The notes beneath the pieces are model-generated. The model saw only the letters and a list, made by a program, of their open reading frames with translations. It ran no database searches and was not told the DNA's origin. The position numbers and the translations under genes are program-made. DNA of 64,000 bases from Candidatus Latescibacterota bacterium (GTDB lineage: Bacteria; Latescibacterota; UBA2968; SICM01). Shown piece by piece: positions 9,899 through 21,000 of this stretch. Where the stretch lies: the NCBI GenBank assembly GCA_965217865.1, contig CBDCJO010000002.1, positions 5,568,001 through 5,632,000 of the forward strand, read 5' to 3'. Positions within the stretch are counted from its first letter, which is position 1. The number at the start of each line of letters is the position of its first letter.

Positions 9899-10855
9899 CT
9901 ACCGGCTTCTCCGGATTCGATCTCGTGCACGATCGTGTTCCCTTTTGGTGCGGCTGAAAACGTGCCTTCCATCCCCACTGACCACGAAGTAGAGATAATT
10001 CGTATCATCCGGATTCAGTGCCGCGAGCAGGGAAGCACGTCCCGGGTTTGAAATCGGACCAGGAGGAAGCCCTTTGTGAAGATAGGTGTTGTAGGGGGAG
10101 TCCACCGCGATGTCAGAGTACAGCAGGCGAGCTTTGCGGACCCCCAATGCGTATTCCGCAGTCGGATCCGCCTGAAGGCGCATACCTTTTTTCAGCCGCC
10201 GATGGAAAACCCCCGATATCTTCCGACGTTCCTCCGCGACCCTCGCCTCCCGTTCAACGATTGAAGCCAGAGTGACAACCTGATGGACGGACATCCCCAG
10301 CCTCTCCCCCGCGAGCTGCATGTCTCGACCGAACACGCTCCAAAACTGACGAACCATCGAACGGGCAACACCGCGTTCATCCTGGTGATTCGAAAACCGG
10401 TATGTTTCTGGAAAGAGATATCCTTCCAGGCTCTCCGCTTCGACCCCCAATTCACGACAGAACCCTTGGTCAGTCCCAAGGGCAACAAACTTCCCAGCTT
10501 TGAGACCCGCCTCCCTTTCCAACAGATCCGCAATCTCCCTCAAGGTTAATCCCTCCGGGATTGTCACTTTCCGGGAGAGATCCCTCGCCTTCTTGAGCGA
10601 ATGGAGAATCGACATCGTCGTCCAATTCCCATTCACGTCGTGCAGACCTGCTTTGACTTTCCGACCAGCAGGCGAAATATTTGCCACGAAAACAAAAAAA
10701 GAGACGCTTTTGATAAGCCTCTCTCGTTTTAGCAACTCCCCTACCTCGCGGGTGGACATGCCTTTTTTGACAATAATCTCGCGGTAGAAGGACCGTGAGG
10801 CAACGGGCTGGTTCAATAAATAGGCGGTAAACAAAAGACCCAGCCAGATAATCAC
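9899..10855 (-). CDS. mltG: Endolytic transglycosylase MltG (start uncertain; frame open to about 10969)
   Basis: VTIPEG, LEGYLFPETY, LASIVERE, LQADPT, SPYNTY..GLPPGPISNPG. Confidence 0.93.
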   Translation of the reverse strand: MIIWLGLLFTAYLLNQPVASRSFYREIIVKKGMSTREVGELLKRERLIKSVSFFVFVANISPAGRKVKAGLHDVNGNWTTMSILHSLKKARDLSRKVTIPEGLTLREIADLLEREAGLKAGKFVALGTDQGFCRELGVEAESLEGYLFPETYRFSNHQDERGVARSMVRQFWSVFGRDMQLAGERLGMSVHQVVTLASIVEREARVAEERRKISGVFHRRLKKGMRLQADPTAEYALGVRKARLLYSDIAVDSPYNTYLHKGLPPGPISNPGRASLLAALNPDDTNYLYFVVSGDGRHVFSRTKREHDRARDRIRRSR

Positions 10856-10991
10856 GCAGGTGGCCGTCGCCAGCCAGATAGCCGATAAGCCTCGAAGCCG
10901 ATATCCGATCTGCGTCAGAATGGATCTCCATAGGTTGAGGTGAAACGCCTTCAGCCCACTTGGTGCAAATTAAGCTGCAATACAAAAACTT

Positions 10992-11426
10992 TTATTCCAC
11001 GATGTTCGCCTCCCCATCTTTGCTGATCAGGTATCCCTGTAAGATCAGTATGGCAGACATCCGATCCACCTCTCCCTTCCGTCCCCTGGTCCGAACCCCC
11101 ATTTCCTGCAGGGTGCGATTCGCCTCTACACTGGTCAGCCGCTCATCCCAGCGCCTTACAGGAAGGCCTGTCATGCGTTCCAGCCGCGATGCAAAATCCT
11201 CCACTTCTGCTGCCATCGGACCGGAAGTTCCATCCATGTTCAACGGGATTCCGAGGACGATCTCCCCAGCCTGGTGCTCATCCGCCGCCTTTGCCGCGGC
11301 GGCAACCGCCCCTTCCCGTGAACGGACCTGGGCGGTCGGAATTCCCCTGGCTGTGATTCCGCTAGGGTCGCTAATCGCCATCCCCAGGCGACGCCTGCCA
11401 TAGTCCAAGGCCAGAACCCGCCCCAT
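10992..11426 (-). CDS. ruvX: YqgF/RuvX pre-16S rRNA nuclease (Holliday-junction-resolvase-like)
   Basis: LALDYGRRRLGMAISD, WDERLTS, D..SA.LILQ.YL; ATG overlaps the upstream TGA (TGATG). Confidence 0.92.
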   Translation of the reverse strand: MGRVLALDYGRRRLGMAISDPSGITARGIPTAQVRSREGAVAAAAKAADEHQAGEIVLGIPLNMDGTSGPMAAEVEDFASRLERMTGLPVRRWDERLTSVEANRTLQEMGVRTRGRKGEVDRMSAILILQGYLISKDGEANIVE

Positions 11427-12620
11427 CACAAATCTTTCAAATATACGGTTTTTCCGAATCGTTGACAAACCCGCCACAGTGCTTCAAAAGCGGCGTTTCT
11501 CACCGAGGTGTCGGAGTCATTCAGAATCTCGCAGAGGGACGGAATGGAACCGGCGTTTCCACATCGGCCCAATGCCTCACACGCTTTCAGACGAACCCCC
11601 AGTGCCGGGTCCCGGATCAATCCGGAGAGGGCATCGATCCCCCACCCCGCACCCACGCTGCCTAGTCCTTCGCAACTCTCCTCCCGCACCTCTTCGTCGC
11701 TGTCCAGGATCGCCTCGGCCAAAATTTCCTTCAGGTCGGAGGGCCGTTTAATGCACATCCCTCTCAAAGCTGCGCGCCTGACAGCGGATATGGGATCCTT
11801 CAAGGCGAATCGAACCGCATCCGTATAACGATCCCCTTCCATCCTGGCCAGGGCTTCGCACGTGGCTCGACGAACCGAGGAATATTCATCATCCTGGAGT
11901 ATACGGACAAGGACTTCTCCGGCCCGAGGGTTCCCAATCCAACCCAGAATCCCCACAGCCGCGGAGCGCACAAACGCATCTTTATCCCGGAGCGCTCGCA
12001 GCAATGGATCCATGGCAGAGGCCGGTCGGATCCGGATCAGCGCCCTGAATGCCTCCCTCCGAACCGCCCAGTCATCGTCTCGCAAGGACCGAATCAGGTG
12101 AGACACAGCGGAAGTTGAACCAATTCGCCCGATGGCTTCGCAAGCCGCCCGGCGCACTGAAGAATAGGTGTCCTTAAGGGTGACCATCAGAGGTTTAATC
12201 GCGGTTTCTGACACGATCAAGCCCAGTGCGGTGCAGGCTTCTCTTCGGACTGCCCAGTCCTCGTCCGAGAGCGCAGACATCAACGGTTCCTGAGCCTCTT
12301 TAGACCGCACAAGTCCCAGGGCTTTGATCACCCAGCACCTAACGGAGGAGTACTCGTCAGACAGGGCATCTAGCAGAGGAGGAACCACCCGATCGCCTCC
12401 GATATGGCCCAGGGTGAGCGCGGCCCCTGCTCGAACAGAGGACCTTCGATCATTCAGGGCTTCCAGCATCCTCTCAAAGACGATTTCAGAGCCGATTTGC
12501 CCGAGGGACCGACAAGCCGCAGCCCTTAAATGGGTATCATCCGACTCCCAGGGCTAACCTGAACAATGGATCGATCGCCTCTTCGATTCCGACCTGTCCC
12601 AACCCGCGACAAGCTGCTAG

Positions 12621-14454
12621 CCCCTATACAAGCGTGAATTTTTCTTGGTTTTAGTAGAAAAAAGTTGAAATGCCCCAGTTTTCAGGCCTATAGTTGTAGT
12701 ATGAAAGACAAAAAGAGGCCATCAAAAAGGGGCATTTCAGATGAGAGAATACAGGAAGATTCTTCGGAACAGGGAAGCACGAATTGTCCGTCGTTTGCGT
12801 CGGAAGCAGTGGTGCAGTCAGGTCAAGCCTATGATGTCTGGGGGAAACATCCACTACGAGATAAGTGGGAAGGCCGAGGCGATCACGTGTGGGGGGATCG
12901 GCGCGTTTCACCACCTGGTTCGCAGGGTTGGGCTGGTGAAAGAGATTGACCGTCATCTTCATCTTTTGAAAGTGCATTTGCCCTGTCACGAATCAGACCA
13001 CGTTCTGAACATCGCCTACAATGCGCTGGTTGGTGGTCAACGCCTTGAAGACATTGAGCTGCGCCGGCAGGATGCCACGTTCCTGAACGCTTTGGGCGCT
13101 CAGCGTCTCCCGGATCCGACCACAGCAGGCGACTTTACACGTCGTTTCCGGCCATCGGATATCGAGACGTTGATGGATTGCATCAACCGGGTGCGCACCC
13201 GGATCTGGAAAAAGCGCGCCAGGGGCGAACTCAAAGAAGCCCTCATCGACATCGACGGCACCCTGGCCACCACCCTCGGAGAACGCAAGCAGGGCATGGC
13301 CCTGTCATACAACGGTATCTGGGGATACCATCCTCTCGTGGTCTCTCTGGCGAACACCAGGGAGGTGTTGTTTCTTGTGAATCGACCCGGCAATGTGCCC
13401 AGCCACGACGGTGCCGTAAAGTGGATCGATCGCGCCATCGCGCTGGTCGCCCCTTTCGCCAAACGCATCTGCCTGCGCGGAGACACCGGCTTCTCACTCA
13501 CCCGGCACTTCGATCGTTGGTCGGAAAAGGTCGACTTCGTCTTCGGCATGGATGCTTACCGGGGATTGGTCAAGATCGCCAAATCCCTGTCACAGAGCGA
13601 TTGGGAGCCCTTTGAACGACAACCCAAATACCAGGTCAAGACCTCCCAGAGACAGAAACGCGAGAACGTGAAAGCCCGGATCATCCGGGAGCGCGGCTTC
13701 AAAAACATCCGACTTGCCAGTGAACGTGTTGCCGGGGTTTCGTATCGTCCTGCTCGATGCAGGAAGACCTGTCGACTCGTGATCCTCGAAAAGAACCTGA
13801 GCGTCGAACGCGGCGAAAACGCCCTGTTCGATGACAAGCGCTATTTCTTCTACATTACCACCCGAAAAGATCTTACGGCCGCGGAAATCGTGAGGCTGGC
13901 CAATCGACGGTGCGATCAGGAAAACGTGATTGAACAACTCAAGAACGGGGTCAACGCCATGCGGATGCCCGTCGACAACCTGATGAGCAACTGGGCTTAC
14001 ATGGTCATGACCGCCCTGGCGTGGAACCTCAAAGCCTGGTTCGCGTTGATGATCCGAAAGCGTGAGCGTCGCGATCAACTTCTGAGAATGGAGTTTCGCG
14101 CCTTCCTCCAGAATCTGATCTGGATCCCCTGCCAGATCGTGACCCGGGGAAGACAGATCATCTATCGTGTCTTGGGCTACAACCGGTGGATGACTGACTT
14201 CTTCCCGGCCTGGAACAGAATCAGATGGCTCAAACCGGCCTGACTGCCATGTCAGCACCTGTCGTCGTAACATCACAGGGACAAGTCCGTCCACCCCGGC
14301 TAAAACACGTCCGCAAACTCAGTTAATTAGACAATCGCATGCCGAAACAATCACAAAAACAGCCCAGACATCATCTCCACCAAGTCACAAGTCTGAAATG
14401 CTCCGAAATCTTGTATAACACACCGCTCAACAAGCCTATTCGCTTATTTTAGGG
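12621..14454 (+). mobile_element. IS1380-family insertion sequence, 1834 bp
   Basis: Imperfect 14-bp terminal inverted repeats (CCCCTATACAAGCG vs reverse complement CCCTAAAATAAGCG, 10/14) flanked by the direct repeat CTAG at 12617-12620 and 14455-14458. Confidence 0.9.
12741..14243 (+). CDS. IS1380-family DDE transposase
   Basis: HESDHVLNIAYN, PDPTTAGDF, IDIDGT, GYHPL, LRGD, RCDQENVIEQLK and N.AY motifs. Confidence 0.92.
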   Translation: MREYRKILRNREARIVRRLRRKQWCSQVKPMMSGGNIHYEISGKAEAITCGGIGAFHHLVRRVGLVKEIDRHLHLLKVHLPCHESDHVLNIAYNALVGGQRLEDIELRRQDATFLNALGAQRLPDPTTAGDFTRRFRPSDIETLMDCINRVRTRIWKKRARGELKEALIDIDGTLATTLGERKQGMALSYNGIWGYHPLVVSLANTREVLFLVNRPGNVPSHDGAVKWIDRAIALVAPFAKRICLRGDTGFSLTRHFDRWSEKVDFVFGMDAYRGLVKIAKSLSQSDWEPFERQPKYQVKTSQRQKRENVKARIIRERGFKNIRLASERVAGVSYRPARCRKTCRLVILEKNLSVERGENALFDDKRYFFYITTRKDLTAAEIVRLANRRCDQENVIEQLKNGVNAMRMPVDNLMSNWAYMVMTALAWNLKAWFALMIRKRERRDQLLRMEFRAFLQNLIWIPCQIVTRGRQIIYRVLGYNRWMTDFFPAWNRIRWLKPA

Positions 14455-16492
14455 CTAGCCGAACGGACGGAATGGGGTCGTGAGCAGCCCTGTCACTTAA
14501 GGCGGCGACCGCAGCCTCGCCGCCGATCCGGCTCAGACCTTCGCATGCCTTCTCCCTCACTTCCGATTCTTCACTCTGAAACCTCTCGATGATCCCCGGG
14601 ACAACCTCCTCGGCCTCCATCTCGCTGAGCCGATCCAGGGCCCATCGACTCAGCAGCTCGTAACCATCCCCCAGGAATAGCCCAATCAGGGCCGAACATA
14701 CATCTCTCCGTATCGCGCCTTCCCCGACTCGACCGTGCGCAAGACACCTGGCCGCCATCTGCAAGGCCTCTCGGAACAATGTCTCTTCCTGGGATAACAC
14801 CGCCCGCAGGATGGGACTCATGTCCGGGGAGAGGCCCACACACCATATTAAAAGATAAAGACAGCCTTTATCCCGTAAGAGATCGATCAGCTTTCCTGAA
14901 TCGACATCATATGGAAGCTGGACCGGGGATGTCGGTGGGTCCTGAAGGCCTTCCGCAGATGGAAAAGGACGGTACAGATAAGATGGGACTTCAGGGTTTG
15001 CGATCCCGCAAATCTCTCGCGCCGCCAGGTAATCCCGGCATAAGGGATCACAGAACCTCCACCCCCCTCCTCGCCGGGGTTCGACAAGGCCCGATGAAAT
15101 CATGCCTCGTATCCATCTTCCGGGGTCCCAGCCATCGGAACGATCTATACCCAGAAGGGCCTTCTGGATCTGAATCTTAAAATCCTCTTTCGGATCTTCC
15201 CCCACGACCTCGGAAAGCGCCACCCGCTGCGCTGGAAGAAGACGATCGACTGCTGTCATCCCATTGGGGGCCTTCTGTTCTCCTGCTACTACGTCGGTGT
15301 ACTCCCGTAGAAGATTCAATCGTGAACCGGAAAGGTCGGTTCGATAGAGATGGACCAGCATCATCCGATGCAGGTGTCCGGGGGTTGCCGCAAGACGCCA
15401 TGTCCCGGGGCTCCTCCGAATGGCGGCCATAAAACTCGCAGCCTTTCGCAGAGACGTCCGTTCGATATCTCGTTCAGGTCGAAGAACCCTCTCGACCTCC
15501 CTGAACCACCTCCGGGCGATATGCTCTACCGCCGATTGTTTGATAGGGTCCAGACAGCATTCGATAAAACCAACCGGTGGAAAAACGACTTCGTGCGCAC
15601 GTTCGTCGATGCCAACAACACACCGAATGTTGGGATAGGCCTCCTTCCAGATCCCCGCCTGGCTCAAAACCTTCGACTGAAGATCCAATGAAAACGGATG
15701 ATCCGGACAGTCAAGGAGAAGGACAACCCGTCCATTTTCAAGGTATTGACCAAAGACGGTTTCGCTACTTCGGGATCCCCTGCCCATCCAGCCAGTGAAC
15801 ACAGGCCTTCTGGGGTTGCCTCGTTGCCTAAGAAGATCGACTCAAGCCCATCGGCCGGAACAAGAACCGGGAGGTAATTCCCTTCAAGATCCAGCCTCTG
15901 GGGCTCCAGCCGTTGAGCCATCGTCAGGGAGAGGAATCTCAATAGGGCAGTCTTGCCGGCTCCGTCTCCCCCGACCAGAACCAGGTGCCGATGACGACGA
16001 AGTGTGTCCCCCAGACTCATGTTCCGGTCCCTCTCTTCCTCCTCTTCTCCTCCCCCATCCTCCCCTTCCCCCTCCAATCCCTCCACCTTTCCGGTGAACC
16101 CATCTCGCCCGACAAGCGAAAGGGTCGGAGGCATGTAGATCGCTTCAAAACTCAACCGGAGGGGCCTCTCGCCTTCTAACGAAAGCCCCGGAGCAGCGGT
16201 CTCCGACAGCGATGCCTTGAGTCCGTTCAAGTAAACCTGAAGTTCGTCAAACTCCTCCGGAGGAGCCGGCCGGTGACGGAAGGCCGGGGGTTTTTGTGAA
16301 CTCTCATCCTCCGGGGTTCGGAATCGACAACCCAATGATTTAAAAATCACGGCACATCCCGGTGACTTAGTTGTAACTGGTTGATAACTTGAATATTACT
16401 CAACTTGATCGGGACATCAAAGAATCCCCATCATACCTTCATACTAAAATAGGACCCGTGAAGATCGAAGTCAAGCGGCAAACACGATCCAA

Positions 16493-17851
16493 TCACCACG
16501 ACTCGCCTCCGATGGCCTTCTCAAGCTCGGCCTCGACAATTCTAAGATCGTAGCGGGTCCGCACCCGGTTGCTTTGTGCTTCTGTGAAGCCGACCTGTGC
16601 ATCGAGGACCTCAAGAAGACGTCCTTTCCCCACCCTGTAGCGTTCTTCCGCAAGTCGCAGGTCTTCCTTGGCCAATTTAACGGTCCTTTCAGCAATCTTG
16701 AGGATCTTTTGAAGTCGAATCAGGTCCAGATATGCGGTTTTGACCTCCAGCGCGATCTCCCGTTCCCGCAACCGGAGATTTGTCCTGGCAATCTCGACGG
16801 CAGCCCTGGACTTGACGATGTTCGCCCCCTTCACCCCCCCATCAAAAAGGTTATAGGAGAGTGTCATCCCCACATTAAAACGGTAGTTTTTGTTCAAGTT
16901 CCCGAAAACCCGATCCAGGATCTCATTGTTTCGGCTGTAACTTACATTTCCCACCAGCCTGGGATGCCGGGCGCCGCGTACTTGCGCCAGATCGTACTCA
17001 GCAGCTACCAAGTCCTTTTTGAACCGTATCAAAAAAGGGCTCTTTTCTATCGCCCGGGCGACGAAGTCCGACTCATTCCCTTCCCACGACTTCATCTTTT
17101 CGGTTCCAGGGATCGGTGCAATATCCAGGGAGGCGTCGATCTCTTCGCCAAGGATGTGATTTAATCCTGCCTTTGCCAAAACAATGCCGTGTTGCGCATT
17201 GATCAGCTGCGCCTGGGTATTATCCAGCTCCACCGAGAGCCTCAATTCGTCTCTCTTCGTCGCTGTCCCGGCCTCCCGCCTGGCCTTTGTATCGGCCAGC
17301 TGCCTCTGGCTTAAACGCACCGACTCCTCCTGAACCGCCACGAGTTCCCTGGCCTTCAGCAGTTCGTAGTACCGACGACTGACCTCCAAGGTCACTTCAG
17401 CCTTTCTTGCCTCGAGTTGTTTCTCGGCGCTCTGGTAGCTTGTTTTGGATTTTCTCCAGGCATTAATCCGGCGTCCTCCGTCGTAGATCGTCTGGTTCAA
17501 AGAGGCGCTCAACGAAAAGGAATTTCTCGCGAACGCAGGGATCAACGTCTCTTCCTCCCGGAATATTCTTCGCCCCGTCAGAGGATCCACCTCATTCGTG
17601 GGATTCTCCTGGATCCGAACAGAAGGCCCCGTTGTCGAACGGACGAATCCAAACAGAGTTGCGTCCAGGGTGGGCATCAGGCCTGCGCGGGCGGCCTGCA
17701 CATCAGCGGCTGACCTGTCGACCCCATAATTTGCCGAGATCACATCCGCGTTTTTTTCGAGCGCGCGTTCGATACACTCCCTTAATGTCAGGGACTTTGC
17801 CTGTAGGGACGAGATACATAACATCAAGGACAACAGACTGACAAAGACCAT
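16493..17851 (-). CDS. TolC-family outer membrane efflux protein
   Basis: Signal peptide, LTLRECIERALEKN, two OEP repeats, LFDGG, RYRVG...LEVLDAQ. Confidence 0.9.
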   Translation of the reverse strand: MVFVSLLSLMLCISSLQAKSLTLRECIERALEKNADVISANYGVDRSAADVQAARAGLMPTLDATLFGFVRSTTGPSVRIQENPTNEVDPLTGRRIFREEETLIPAFARNSFSLSASLNQTIYDGGRRINAWRKSKTSYQSAEKQLEARKAEVTLEVSRRYYELLKARELVAVQEESVRLSQRQLADTKARREAGTATKRDELRLSVELDNTQAQLINAQHGIVLAKAGLNHILGEEIDASLDIAPIPGTEKMKSWEGNESDFVARAIEKSPFLIRFKKDLVAAEYDLAQVRGARHPRLVGNVSYSRNNEILDRVFGNLNKNYRFNVGMTLSYNLFDGGVKGANIVKSRAAVEIARTNLRLREREIALEVKTAYLDLIRLQKILKIAERTVKLAKEDLRLAEERYRVGKGRLLEVLDAQVGFTEAQSNRVRTRYDLRIVEAELEKAIGGESW

Positions 17852-18093
17852 TTTAGACGCTCCGGTTTGATTGGGTCCTGAGATAGGCTTAACCGTTCGG
17901 GTGGGGCGATGGGGTGGAGGGAATTAAATTTTCCTCAGAGATCCTGCTTTTTTTTAAAATTAAAAAATTGCGGTTTGAAACGAACGTAATGGAATACCGG
18001 GACGAACGGGTAGAATTCGTGTCAGGGGTCAGATCCAGAATTCTGGATGGGGATTAAGGGGTTGACGATTGAGCCTGGGATGAGCGAAGCCGG

Positions 18094-21000
18094 TTACGAC
18101 CACGCTTCTTTGATCACGCGGCGCGTCCAGAGAGCCAGGTCGTCCAGCAGGGTATAGAGGGTAGGGGCCAGGACCAACGTAAGCAGCGTGGAGCTCGCAA
18201 GCCCGCAAACCACCACCAGTCCCACCGGCCCCCAGCGGCGTGCAAAACCTTCCGAAGTGCCGTAGATCATCGGGAGGACAAGGGGCATCAGGTTCAGGAT
18301 AGTCGTGAAGGCCGTCATCAGGATGGGCCGCATGCGGTTCTGTCCCCCGCGCAGGACCGCCTCGTAGCGGGGAAGGCCCTCTCGACGGAAGTGGTTGATA
18401 TGATCGATCAGAACGATCCCGTTGTTCACGACGATCCCGAAGAGAATCAACAGGCCAAGCACACCGTTGTTGTCCATCGGAATGTCCAGGGCGTACAGAC
18501 CAAGGGAGACCCCGATCAAGGAGAAGGGGATCGCCAACATGATGGTGAAAGGATGGATCAGTGATTCGAAAAGAGAGGCCATGATCAGGTAGATCAGGAG
18601 AAGTGCGAAGAGCATCATGAAATACCCCTCGCGGGTATCCTGCTGCATCCACCTGGCCGCTCGTCCAAGATCCCAGGAATAACCCGACGGGAGCGTCTTC
18701 GAGGCCATCATCTCCCTGATCTGCCCCATGAGTTGGAAAGCCTGTCTCCGGTCCTCGGTATTGGCGAAGACCGTCAGGGTGGGAAGACGATCCTCACGTT
18801 TGAGATCCCGTGGCCCTTCCTGCACCCGAAAATTTGCCAGTGCCCCCAGCTGAATTCGTGCCCCGTCTCTCCCCTGAAAGCGGCTGTTCTTGAGCTGTTC
18901 CACATCCACCCGGTCCTTATCCTGTAACTGGAGTACGATATCGATCTCCCTATCCTCCGCCTTAAAACTGCTGGTTCGACGCGTACCAAGAGCGGTCGCG
19001 ATCGTCGTGGCGACCTCTCGGGGGGAGAGGCCGTAGCTTAATGCCTGTTCCCGGTCCACCTCCACCCGGATCTCCTCTTCTCCATCCTCCATGCTGGTGT
19101 CCACGTCCTGGACCCCCGGAAATCGCTCCAACTCACCTTTGACCTCTTCGGCAAGCACGGCCAATACGTCCGGGTCACGTCCCTTCAACTCCACCTCCAC
19201 CCCCAGAAGGGGGCCAGCCCAACTTCGGGTTCGACCCACCTTGTATCGGACGCCTACCTTCCGCGGCAGGAGCCGCTTAATCGCAATACCGGCCTCCATC
19301 GTAGAAAGCGCGCCCTCGTCCGCGTCCACCAGACGGGCGGTCAGGCTCCCCCGGCGCTGCCCGAATCGGGACGAAAGCGAAGCCAGGTCCAGCTGGTCCT
19401 TCCGGGCGATTACCGCGCCCTCCATCTCGCCGAAAATCTCACGAACCTCTTCCAGGCTGTAGCTTCGATCCAGTTCCACGGTGATATCGACACGCCGCTC
19501 CGGGCTCCATGGGGTTCCCCGCTGTTCGATCTGAAGATAGAGGTAGACTCCCGTGCCGAACAGAACAAGGGTTCCGGCCAGGGTCCAGAACCTGTGATTC
19601 AAGGTCCAGTCCAACACTTTCGCGTAAGTCGCGCGCATCCCGTGCGTATGAAATCTCCAGAGAAGCCCGGAGAGGAGGATAAAGGCCGCCAGAACCCCTG
19701 CACATGTAGACCACTCCATCCCCATCAGGGATTCCCCGATCCGACCGAACCATTGAACCATCCAGGCCCGGAATACCCCCAACCCCATCTTGTAAATCTT
19801 CCATCCGGAAAGCCCGATGAATATGCTTGCAAGTGTCAATTTCAGCCAGGGATCGAACCTATTATAGTCCGACCTGAACAACCGTGAGCTGGTCAGAGGG
19901 ATCACCGAAAGTGCCACCAGCATGGAGACCCCGATGGCCAGACAGATGGTCAGACCCGCGTCCCCCAGCCAGGCGGTCATCCGACTGCCGGTCAGGAAGA
20001 AAAACGGGATGAACACACACATGGTGGTCAACCCTGAGGCAAACACTGCCATCCCGACCTCTCGTGTCCCGATTAATGCCGCTTCCCGCGGTTTCATTCC
20101 ATCCTCGTTACGCTTTCGGAAGATGCTCTCCAGGGTGACCACAGCGGGGTCCACCAGCATCCCCACCGCGAGCATCAGCCCCATCATCGAGACCATGTTG
20201 AGGGTGATGGTCGAACCGAAAATAGTTCTCGCAAGATACATACCCGTGAACACGCAAAGAGCCGATACAGGGATCGCAACGGCAATGACAAGGGTGCTCC
20301 GGATGTCTCTCAAGAACAGAAAGATGATCCCGATGGCCAGAAAGGCTCCCAAGAAAGCGGAGTTCGTCAGATTGTCGACTTCCCCCAGGACTTGCTTGGA
20401 CCGGTCCCTGACGATCTGGATATCCAGCTGACCTTTGTAGCTTTTCCGGACATCCTCCAGGGCCTGCCGCGCCGCTCGAGCAACGTCCACGACCGTTGCG
20501 ACAGAGGACTTGTAAATCTGTACCGTCACGGCATCGACCCCGTTGAGCCGCTCGTAACTCCTTTTCTCCGGATAATCGTAGACGACCCTGCCCAGGTCCC
20601 TCATTCTAAGTTCACGACCACCCAGCGGCATCTGGCTGATCTCATCCGGGGTCTCGAATTCACCCAGAGCTCGAACCAGATATCGCTGATCCCCATCCAT
20701 AACCCGACCGAGAGAGATGTTGATGTTGTTGTTGCGCACCTGCCAGGTCAGAGCGGGCAAACTCACCCCGTGATCCTCCAGCCTATCCTGATCCAGCTTA
20801 ACGATCAACTGCTTCTCAGCCAGGCCCCGGACCTCGACGTTGGCCACCCCGTCCAAACGCAGCAAGCGGGGTTCAATCACTTTACGAACGATATCGAATA
20901 ACCTGTCCCCTCCCCCACGCCAGGCGATGTTCGCATACAGGATCGGCCGCTCATCCGTTCTCCACCGCCGCATCCGTATTTGATCCAGATCCTCAGGCAG

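Larger units (their letters stand above)
11426..16350 (-). pseudogene. NACHT-type NTPase + HEAT/PBS-repeat protein, interrupted by IS1380 and two frameshifts
   Basis: 15664-16350: LVLVGGDGAGKT Walker A; 14444-15802: degenerate Walker B LLLDCPD, F..PLCRDYLAA winged-helix motif and the first HEAT repeats; 11426-12620: ten or more VRxxAxxALG repeats. Removing the IS rejoins PIPSVRL|AACRGLGQ in frame. Confidence 0.85.
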
